From: an uncultured Bacteroidales bacterium
Lineage (GTDB): Bacteria; Bacteroidota; Bacteroidia; Bacteroidales; DTU049
Direction: 5' to 3'
Assembly (NCBI GenBank): GCA_964526285.1
Contig: CAZGIW010000006.1
Span: forward strand, 6,742 to 70,741
Length of the DNA: 64,000 nt
The translations under genes and the position numbers were made by a program. Positions 57,222 to 64,000 of this stretch are shown piece after piece. How positions within the stretch are numbered: position 1 is the first letter of the stretch; each line of letters begins with the position of its first letter. The notes below the pieces were generated by a model, which was not told the origin of the DNA, made no database searches, and saw only the letters and a list, made by a program, of their open reading frames with translations.

Positions 57222-58442
57222 ATGGAAAAGAAAGTTTTTTGCGCAGGCAATCATGGTGATAAAATCAGATCAGATTGCAAAATTTCACTGGAGTTTAACA
57301 ATAACAATGGTGTTCATATTGAAATTAAAAGCAAGGTAGGTGCTATATTTAATAAAGCAATTCATAAACAACTGGAGGAGCTTTGTAATTTCTTTAATCT
57401 AAGTAATGTCAATGTGCTTCTTGAAGACTCTGGGGCAATTTCTCCTGTAATTGCTGCACGTTTTGAAGCAGCAGTGAAATTGGCCGGATTGTCCGATTCA
57501 GAATATCTGCCTCATTTGCTCGATGAAAACAAAACGGTTACTGAAAAAGATGTCTTGAGGCTTTCAAGGCTTTATCTGCCCGGCAACAGCCCGACACTCA
57601 TGTTGAATTCCGGAATTCACAAACCAAATGGTATTATTCTCGACCTTGAAGATGCTGTTTCTCCTGAGAAAAAACATGAAGCCAGATTCCTTGTGAGAAA
57701 TGCACTGAGAGCAATAAACTTTTATGGGTCTGAAAGAATGGTTAGAATAAATCAAATTCCCAAAGGCCTCGAAGACCTTGATTTTATTGTTCCACACAAT
57801 GTGAATCTAATTCTTGTTCCAAAGTGTGAATCAGCTCAACAAATTCATCAGGTGAATGAGAAAATTGAAGAATTAAGAAAAAAACATGGTTTTACATACA
57901 ATATATGGCTTATGCCAATCATTGAGAGTGCCCTTGGAGTTATTAAAGCATATGAAATTGCCACATCCGCTAAAAATGTCGTGGCTATGGCTATCGGCCT
58001 TGAAGACTTTACAGCTGATATGGGTGTGCCCAGAACCAATGAAGGAACAGAGTCTTTTCTTGCCAGAACCCAGTTGGTTCTTGCATGTAAAGCAGCGAAA
58101 ATTCAACCAATTGACTCAGTTTTTAGTGATATTGATGATATGGAAGCCCTGAAGAATAATGTGTTGTCATCCAAAGCTATTGGGTTTGAGGGAATGGGTT
58201 GTATACATCCAAGGCAAATACCAGTCATTCATAGTAACTTCGCCCCTCAGGACAAGGAAATTGAAAAAGCACAAAAAATTGTTCTTGCATTTGAAGAGGC
58301 TGAAAAAAAAGGACTGGGAGTTGTTGCTCTCGGGTCAAAAATGATTGATCCTCCTGTTGTGAAACGGGCATTTAAAACTATTGATATGGCAATCTCTTTA
58401 CAAAAACTTGATAAAAACTGGAGGAAAATAAATAATGAATAA
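57222..58442 (+). CDS. citrate lyase acyl-carrier (CitD, gamma) fused to citryl-CoA lyase (CitE, beta)
   Basis: Residues 1-~95 align to CitD (CAGNHGDKIRSDCKISL ... VNVLLEDSGAISPVIAARFEAAVKLA). Residues ~110-406 are HpcH/CitE (LRLSRLYLPGNSPTLMLNSGIHKPNGIILDLEDAV, PIIESALGV, EDFTADMG). Confidence 0.8.
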   Translation: MEKKVFCAGNHGDKIRSDCKISLEFNNNNGVHIEIKSKVGAIFNKAIHKQLEELCNFFNLSNVNVLLEDSGAISPVIAARFEAAVKLAGLSDSEYLPHLLDENKTVTEKDVLRLSRLYLPGNSPTLMLNSGIHKPNGIILDLEDAVSPEKKHEARFLVRNALRAINFYGSERMVRINQIPKGLEDLDFIVPHNVNLILVPKCESAQQIHQVNEKIEELRKKHGFTYNIWLMPIIESALGVIKAYEIATSAKNVVAMAIGLEDFTADMGVPRTNEGTESFLARTQLVLACKAAKIQPIDSVFSDIDDMEALKNNVLSSKAIGFEGMGCIHPRQIPVIHSNFAPQDKEIEKAQKIVLAFEEAEKKGLGVVALGSKMIDPPVVKRAFKTIDMAISLQKLDKNWRKINNE

Positions 58443-60003
58443 TAAGTATGATCAGGTAGTGAAAAATGCAGTCGGCAGAATGGTGCCGGTCATCATCAAC
58501 GGTGCTGAACATGTACCATATATGGGTGTTGGGAAATTCAGACCCACAGGACGTAAGCATGCTCCATATATTGCTACTTGTGCTGATTATCCAGATGATG
58601 GAAACAAAATCCAGCCATCACTGAAAGAGGCATTGGTTAAAGCAGGTCTTAAAGATGGAATGGTCATCGGAACGCATCATCATTTTAGAAATGGAGACTT
58701 AATTGCAAATCAGATATTTGATATTGCAAAGGAATTGGGAGTAAAAGATCTGGTTTGGGCTCCCTCTGCCTCATTTCCCTGTCATGAACATCTGATTCCA
58801 TATCTGGAAGATGGAACCATTCACCATATTGAAGGAAGCATGAATGGCCCTTTGGGGAAATTTACAAGTTATGGCAATATGAAAGGGATGGGAATTCTCC
58901 GCTCTCATGGCGGAAGGTATCAGTCTATTCAGGATGGAGAATTAAAAATTGATATTGCTGTTATTGCAGCCCCCACAGCCGATGCTTTTGGGAATGCAAA
59001 CGGAGTAAACGGACCAGCTGCCTGTGGATTGCTTGGGTTTGCCCTGGCGGACTCTCAGTATGCTGATAAAGTTATTGTGGTCACTGATAATCTTGTGCCA
59101 TTTCCATGCATTCCGTGGCAAATTCAGGGAAATTATGTGGATTATGTGGTGGTGGTGGAACAAGTAGGAATTTCTGAAAAAATTGTTTCCGGAACAACTC
59201 AAATAACACGAAGCCCTGACCGTTTGTATATTGCGGAATTAACTGCAAGTTTTTGTGATGCAGCAGGGTTGGTTAAAAATGGGTTTTCATATCAGGCTGG
59301 TGCCGGAGGAACAGCTCTTTCAATAGGGAATTATTTCGCAGATATGTGTCGTCAGAGAAATATCAAAGCCAGGTTTATCAGGGCAGGAAGCAACAAATAC
59401 CCTGTGCAGATGCTGGAAGAAGGATATGTTGATTATATTCTCGACGGACAAACATTTGACCTTGAAGGGGTCAGGTCTATGAGGGAAAACCCCGGACATG
59501 TTAACACAAGTCCTTTTACAAGTTATAATTATCATGGGAAAGGAAATTTTTCTACTTTGGTTGATATTGCTATTCTCGGTGCTACTGAGGTAGATGTGAG
59601 TTTTAATGCCAATGTAGTAACTCACTCCGACGGTTTGCTGCTGCACGGAATTGGAGGTTGGCAAAACTGTCTGTTTTCAAAATGTACAATTCTTCCAATC
59701 CCTTTATTCAGAGATAGAATTCCTGTGATTCGTGATGAAGTGACAACTCTTTGTGGACCAGGTGAACTCATCGATGTGATTGTGACTGAAAGAGGCATTG
59801 CTATCAACCCCTTAAGAACAGACCTCATTGAAAAAGTGAAAAACTCAGGACTACCTGTTAAAACTATTCAGGAACTAAAACATGAAGCCGAAGCCATTTG
59901 CGGGAAGCCGGAATTGCCAGACCTTGAAGATGAATTTGTGGCTGTTGTGAAATGGGTTGATGGAACTGTAATCGATGCTGTAAGAAAAGTAGCAAAAAAA
60001 TAG
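58435..60003 (+). CDS. citF: citrate lyase alpha subunit (citrate CoA-transferase)
   Basis: 522 aa. The ATG overlaps the citDE stop by 8 nt. The length and two-domain CoA-transferase layout resemble CitF by eye. Confidence 0.85.
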   Translation: MNNKYDQVVKNAVGRMVPVIINGAEHVPYMGVGKFRPTGRKHAPYIATCADYPDDGNKIQPSLKEALVKAGLKDGMVIGTHHHFRNGDLIANQIFDIAKELGVKDLVWAPSASFPCHEHLIPYLEDGTIHHIEGSMNGPLGKFTSYGNMKGMGILRSHGGRYQSIQDGELKIDIAVIAAPTADAFGNANGVNGPAACGLLGFALADSQYADKVIVVTDNLVPFPCIPWQIQGNYVDYVVVVEQVGISEKIVSGTTQITRSPDRLYIAELTASFCDAAGLVKNGFSYQAGAGGTALSIGNYFADMCRQRNIKARFIRAGSNKYPVQMLEEGYVDYILDGQTFDLEGVRSMRENPGHVNTSPFTSYNYHGKGNFSTLVDIAILGATEVDVSFNANVVTHSDGLLLHGIGGWQNCLFSKCTILPIPLFRDRIPVIRDEVTTLCGPGELIDVIVTERGIAINPLRTDLIEKVKNSGLPVKTIQELKHEAEAICGKPELPDLEDEFVAVVKWVDGTVIDAVRKVAKK

Positions 60004-60015
60004 TTTTTTTTGTTT

Positions 60016-61488
60016 TTAATAAGATCGCGCAAAAACGACACGTTGCTTCGAAGGTTTGCCCGAAAAAACACATACTCCCTCTTCCTTTTCTCCTTCAACA
60101 GGGATCACACGAATGGTAGCCTTGGTTTCATCCTTAATTTGTTGTTCAGTTTCTGCTGTTCCATCCCAGTGAGCAAGAAGAAACCCCCCACGTTCAATGG
60201 TTGTTTTGAATTCATTCCAGCTATCAACCTTAAATGTATTCTGCTCTCTGAAATTCAAAGCTTTTTGGTAGATGTTCGTTTGAATTTGTGACAGTAATTC
60301 CTCAATTCTGTTTGCTAATCCCTCAATTGAATACGAGGATTTTTCAAGCGTATCTCGTCTGGCCACCTCAACACATTTGTTGTCCACATCTCTTGATCCA
60401 ACAGCAACTCTGACAGGCACCCCTTTGAGTTCATATTCTGCAAACTTCCAGCCTGGTTTGTTGTTATCGCTGTTATCATATTTCACAGAAATTCCCTTTT
60501 CTCTGAGTTCCTGAATAACAGGGGATATGTATTCATTCACTTTTTTATAGTCCTCCTCGTTTTTAAATATGGGAATAACAACAACCTGAACAGGTGCCAG
60601 TTTGGGAGGCAAAACCAAGCCGTTATCATCGCTGTGTGTCATTATTAAAGCTCCAATCAAACGTGTTGAAACACCCCATGAAGTTGCCCATACATATTCC
60701 AGTTTGTTTTCTTTGGTCAGATATTTTACATCAAATGCTTTTGCAAAATTCTGAGCAAGAAAATGTGAAGTGCCTGCCTGAAGCGCTTTTCCATCCTGCA
60801 TTAATGCTTCTATACAGTATGTTTCTTCAGCTCCGGCAAATCTTTCATTTGGACTCTTTACTCCCTTCAGTACTGGAATTGCAAGGTGTTGTTCTGCAAA
60901 CTCAGCATATATCTCAAGCATTCTTTCTGCCTCTTCCACCGCCTCTTCTTTTGTGGCATGAGCTGTATGCCCTTCCTGCCATAAAAACTCAGTAGTACGC
61001 AAAAACAAACGTGTGCGCATCTCCCATCTGACAACATTTGCCCACTGATTAATAAGAATTGGTAAATCTCTGTATGATTGAATCCAGTTTTTATAGGAAT
61101 CCCATATGATGGTTTCAGATGTGGGCCGAACAATAAGCTCTTCTTCCAGCTTGGCCTCAGGGTCAACAATTACACCATTTCCATCAGGATCATTTTTTAG
61201 TCGGTAGTGTGTAATAACAGCACATTCTTTTGCAAATCCCTCAACATGACTTGCTTCTTTGCTGAGAAATGACTTTGGTATGAAAATTGGAAAATAGGCA
61301 TTTTCATGGCCGGTTGCCTTGAACATAGCATCCAAAACAGATTGCATTTTTTCCCAGATGGAATATCCATATGGCTTAATAATCATGCAACCTCTCACTG
61401 CTGAATTCTCTGCCAGTCCGGCTTTAATAACAAGTTCGTTATACCATACTGAATAATTTTCTTCTCTGCTTGTTAAGAATTTTCCCAT
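60016..61488 (-). CDS. proS: proline--tRNA ligase (archaeal/eukaryote-like type)
   Basis: 490 aa. The N-terminus [36 protein letters not shown], class II motifs ([26 protein letters not shown]) and C-terminal zinc-type domain ending FARSY are present. Confidence 0.92.
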   Translation of the reverse strand: MGKFLTSREENYSVWYNELVIKAGLAENSAVRGCMIIKPYGYSIWEKMQSVLDAMFKATGHENAYFPIFIPKSFLSKEASHVEGFAKECAVITHYRLKNDPDGNGVIVDPEAKLEEELIVRPTSETIIWDSYKNWIQSYRDLPILINQWANVVRWEMRTRLFLRTTEFLWQEGHTAHATKEEAVEEAERMLEIYAEFAEQHLAIPVLKGVKSPNERFAGAEETYCIEALMQDGKALQAGTSHFLAQNFAKAFDVKYLTKENKLEYVWATSWGVSTRLIGALIMTHSDDNGLVLPPKLAPVQVVVIPIFKNEEDYKKVNEYISPVIQELREKGISVKYDNSDNNKPGWKFAEYELKGVPVRVAVGSRDVDNKCVEVARRDTLEKSSYSIEGLANRIEELLSQIQTNIYQKALNFREQNTFKVDSWNEFKTTIERGGFLLAHWDGTAETEQQIKDETKATIRVIPVEGEKEEGVCVFSGKPSKQRVVFARSY

Positions 61489-61579
61489 TTTTTTGCTTTT
61501 GGTATGAAGTTTGGTAATTATATGTTGTGAAATAATTTTAAAAATGCAAAAATATAAAATTTTTATGGAGGGTACAAAA

Positions 61580-63379
61580 ATGAAAACAAGATTTAAAATT
61601 TGGATGATTCCCTTAATTCTGCTGGGGATGAGTGCATGTACAACAAACTATTACAGTACTGCACCTTATTATGATGATGTGTATTATACACCTAAAAACA
61701 CACCGCAGACAGAAACGGTTACAACAACCCCGGGAACAACAACAACAACATCTTCTCCTGCAGAAACAGGAAATTATGAAGATGAATTCGCGTATGAAGA
61801 CAGAAACCTCACCACCGAAACCTATTACGATGATGAAGGAAACACATACGTGACAAACAACTATCATGGCGATGTATACAATTATGATGATTATTATGAC
61901 TATGAATATTCAGCACGGATTCGCCGTTTTTATGCTCCTTATACAGGATTCACCTACTATCACGGTTACTACACAAATTATTACTGGTACACTTATGACC
62001 CATACTATTGGGGTGTAAGTATTTATCATGGATATCATTGGTGGAGACCAAACTACTATTCTTACTACAGCCCATGGCAATACGGATATGGATGGTATGG
62101 CTGGAGACCTTATTACAGCTACTACGGCTGGGGTTACCCATACTACGGATACTATGGCTACGGTGGATACTGGAATGGTTACAACCATGGCTACTGGAAC
62201 GGATACTGGGATGGTTACTATGCAGGATCAGGATACTATTACTATAATAGTAATGATTCTTATGGAAATACATACTATTATGGACCTCGCGACCCAATAG
62301 GGTCAAGCAACACCCAAACAGGGGGAGGAACAGGATCACTCACAACTGCAGAAAACTTAACTTTTGGCGGAACTGTTGAATCATACCTGGCTACTTCAAA
62401 CTCAAATACCATAATTAAACCTGAAGGAATCACTTCTTCCTCAATCTCTCCTTCAACTAGTACAAGCAATGTTTCTACTTCTACTAAACCAACTGAAAAT
62501 AGTACAACAACAGCTGTCACAACATCAACTAAACCAACTGAAAATAGCACAACAACAGCTGTCACAACCTCAACTAAACCAACTGAAAATAGCACAACAA
62601 CAGCTGTCACAACTTCTACTAAACCTACAGAGACAACAACAACAACCTCTGCAACAACTTCAACCAAGCCTACTGAAAATAGTCAGACAACGAATGTAAC
62701 TCGTACTCCTGAAACCAATAACAATAAACCATATACTTCTCCTGACTATAACAGACCAAAATCAAATCAGGAATACTCTACATCATCCGGAAGAGATTAT
62801 GAAAAACCCAACTACTATCAATCAAACTCTGTAACAACCTCAAAAGGAACAACTCGTCCCAACTCAGGAAGCAGTTCATCAGGAAGTAACTACACAAGGC
62901 CATCTTCAAATACAGGAACCTCAACAAGACCAGCCTCATCAAGTAGTTCTTCAAGTGGGACTTACACACGTCCTTCCTCCGGAAACAGCAGACCATCAGG
63001 AAACACCAGTTCCTCAGGCAGCTCTTATAGTCGTCCTTCTTCAGGAAGTTCAAGCAGCGGATCCTATTCTACTCCTTCTTCAGGAAACAGCAGACCATCA
63101 GGCAGTAGTTCTTCAGGTAGCTCTTATAGCCGCCCATCTTCAGGAAGTTCAAGCAGCGGATCGTATTCGCGTCCTTCCTCCGGAAGCAGCAGACCATCAG
63201 GTAGCAGCAGCTCATCAGGAAGCTCATATTCACGTCCTTCTTCAAGCTCAAGCAGTGGAAGTTCTTCAAGAGGAAGTAGTTATTCTTCAGGAAGTTCATC
63301 AAGAAGCAGCGGCAGTAGTTCATCAGGCGGTTCATCCTCCTCTTCTTCAAGAGGTGGTGGTGGCGGTAGCAGAAGATAG
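61580..63379 (+). CDS. extremely low-complexity lipoprotein (Tyr/Gly/Trp-rich YxWGxW-like region, Thr-rich repeats, Ser-rich repeats)
   Basis: Start at ATG 61580 ([20 protein letters not shown] lipobox). The single long frame is maintained through three compositionally distinct repeat regions. Confidence 0.6.
   Translation: MKTRFKIWMIPLILLGMSACTTNYYSTAPYYDDVYYTPKNTPQTETVTTTPGTTTTTSSPAETGNYEDEFAYEDRNLTTETYYDDEGNTYVTNNYHGDVYNYDDYYDYEYSARIRRFYAPYTGFTYYHGYYTNYYWYTYDPYYWGVSIYHGYHWWRPNYYSYYSPWQYGYGWYGWRPYYSYYGWGYPYYGYYGYGGYWNGYNHGYWNGYWDGYYAGSGYYYYNSNDSYGNTYYYGPRDPIGSSNTQTGGGTGSLTTAENLTFGGTVESYLATSNSNTIIKPEGITSSSISPSTSTSNVSTSTKPTENSTTTAVTTSTKPTENSTTTAVTTSTKPTENSTTTAVTTSTKPTETTTTTSATTSTKPTENSQTTNVTRTPETNNNKPYTSPDYNRPKSNQEYSTSSGRDYEKPNYYQSNSVTTSKGTTRPNSGSSSSGSNYTRPSSNTGTSTRPASSSSSSSGTYTRPSSGNSRPSGNTSSSGSSYSRPSSGSSSSGSYSTPSSGNSRPSGSSSSGSSYSRPSSGSSSSGSYSRPSSGSSRPSGSSSSSGSSYSRPSSSSSSGSSSRGSSYSSGSSSRSSGSSSSGGSSSSSSRGGGGGSRR
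62480..62700 (+). repeat. 45-bp tandem repeat inside the CDS (15-aa unit [15 protein letters not shown])
   Basis: Three near-identical units (62480-62524, 62525-62569, 62570-62614) are followed by two diverged units. Confidence 0.85.
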
Positions 63380-63428
63380 TTGCCAGAAAGAAAATAATTG
63401 ATTTGTGACACATTAACACGACACAACT

Positions 63429-64000
63429 ATGAAAACAACAGCAAAAATATCACTGATTATTCTTACAACTCTGTTAAGCTTCACACTGCTTGCGCAAAAC
63501 GAAGTAGACGCCCTGAGATACTCAAAACTGACTCAATTCGGAACTGCAAGAAACATATCAATGGGAGGAGCCTTTTCAACACTGGGAGCTGATTTTTCAG
63601 CTCTCAGCACTAATCCTGCCAGTATAGCAGTGTACAAAAAATCCGAATTTACATTTTCTCCCGGACTGGGTTATACAAGTACAGAATCTAAGTATCTAGG
63701 AAAAACAACAGATGACTTCAAATACAATTTCAATTTTACCAATATTGGAATGGTGTTCGCAGGAAACATAGGTTCAAAAGACACTGATAAACCAGAATGG
63801 AAAGGAATTCAGTTTGGAATTGGTGTCAATAGATTGCAAAACTTTAATAACAGAACTCTGGTTGAAGGATTTAATAATCTGGGGACAATTCTTGACATCT
63901 ACCATGCGTCAGCTCAGGGAACTCACTATGATCAACTGGGAGTTTTTGATACTCAGTTGGCTTTCAACACATATCTTCTTGATACTCTCGGTTCATCAAC
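63429..64000 (+). CDS. outer-membrane beta-barrel protein (FadL/TodX-like), N-terminal part; continues past the window end
   Basis: Absent from the track (no stop in the window). ATG 63429 gives MKTTAKISLIILTTLLSFTLLAQNEVDALRYSKLTQFGTARNISMGGAFSTLGADFSALSTNPASIA, a signal peptide plus an N-terminal block typical of this OMP class in Bacteroidota. Confidence 0.55.
   Translation, partial: MKTTAKISLIILTTLLSFTLLAQNEVDALRYSKLTQFGTARNISMGGAFSTLGADFSALSTNPASIAVYKKSEFTFSPGLGYTSTESKYLGKTTDDFKYNFNFTNIGMVFAGNIGSKDTDKPEWKGIQFGIGVNRLQNFNNRTLVEGFNNLGTILDIYHASAQGTHYDQLGVFDTQLAFNTYLLDTLGSS

Noticed and set aside
61613-63419. Many overlapping alternative-frame and antisense ORFs (for example 61950-62339, 62278-62667, 62955-63401, 63069-63419).
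   Set aside because: All lie inside the low-complexity repeat gene, where stop codons are rare in every frame. Only the + frame from 61580 has a lipoprotein signal and continuous repeat logic.

Overview
This is a 64-kb chromosomal segment from an AT-rich Bacteroidota genome. The assignment rests on four observations: several proteins with type IX secretion (T9SS) C-terminal sorting domains, TAnnTTTG -7 promoter boxes 25-75 nt upstream of many starts, no Shine-Dalgarno usage, and Bacteroidota-specific families (IPExxxVDY, DUF4271, DUF5686, S46, C25). I call 53 CDS (two cut by the window edges) and one tRNA-Gln(CUG). Housekeeping genes are recQ, lptB, purB, rnpA, metK, tadA, cysS and proS. There is a set of secreted or outer-membrane hydrolases: two M28 peptidases, a C25 gingipain-like protease, endonuclease I, an M6-like metalloprotease and an S46 dipeptidyl-peptidase. 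Also present are an ECF sigma/anti-sigma pair, an orphan TPR histidine kinase and a citrate-lyase locus (citD-citE fusion plus citF). I see no transposase, integrase, CRISPR array, rRNA or recognisable defence island. By gene content this is an ordinary core region, and I could not find a convincing novel multi-gene system. The unexplained signals are mostly non-coding. (1) Two diverged, oppositely oriented copies of a GC-rich ~160-210-nt element with a closing helix and conserved blocks lie at 11.3 kb and 21.7 kb, with a possible partial third copy at 23.2 kb. (2) A 500-bp gene-free region at 0.4-0.95 kb holds a 22-bp perfect palindrome and three different abutting tandem-repeat families. (3) A 14-bp-stem hairpin without a T-tract lies at 29.5 kb. 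(4) A 20-nt identical promoter-proximal motif is shared by two secreted-protein genes. Protein-level oddities are an EF-G paralogue with substituted GTPase motifs, a citrate-lyase locus lacking citC/citG/citX neighbours, a 1246-aa TraB/GumN fusion and an extremely low-complexity lipoprotein with 45-bp tandem repeats. All calls come from reading the sequence and ORF translations by eye. No database search, folding or statistics were run.
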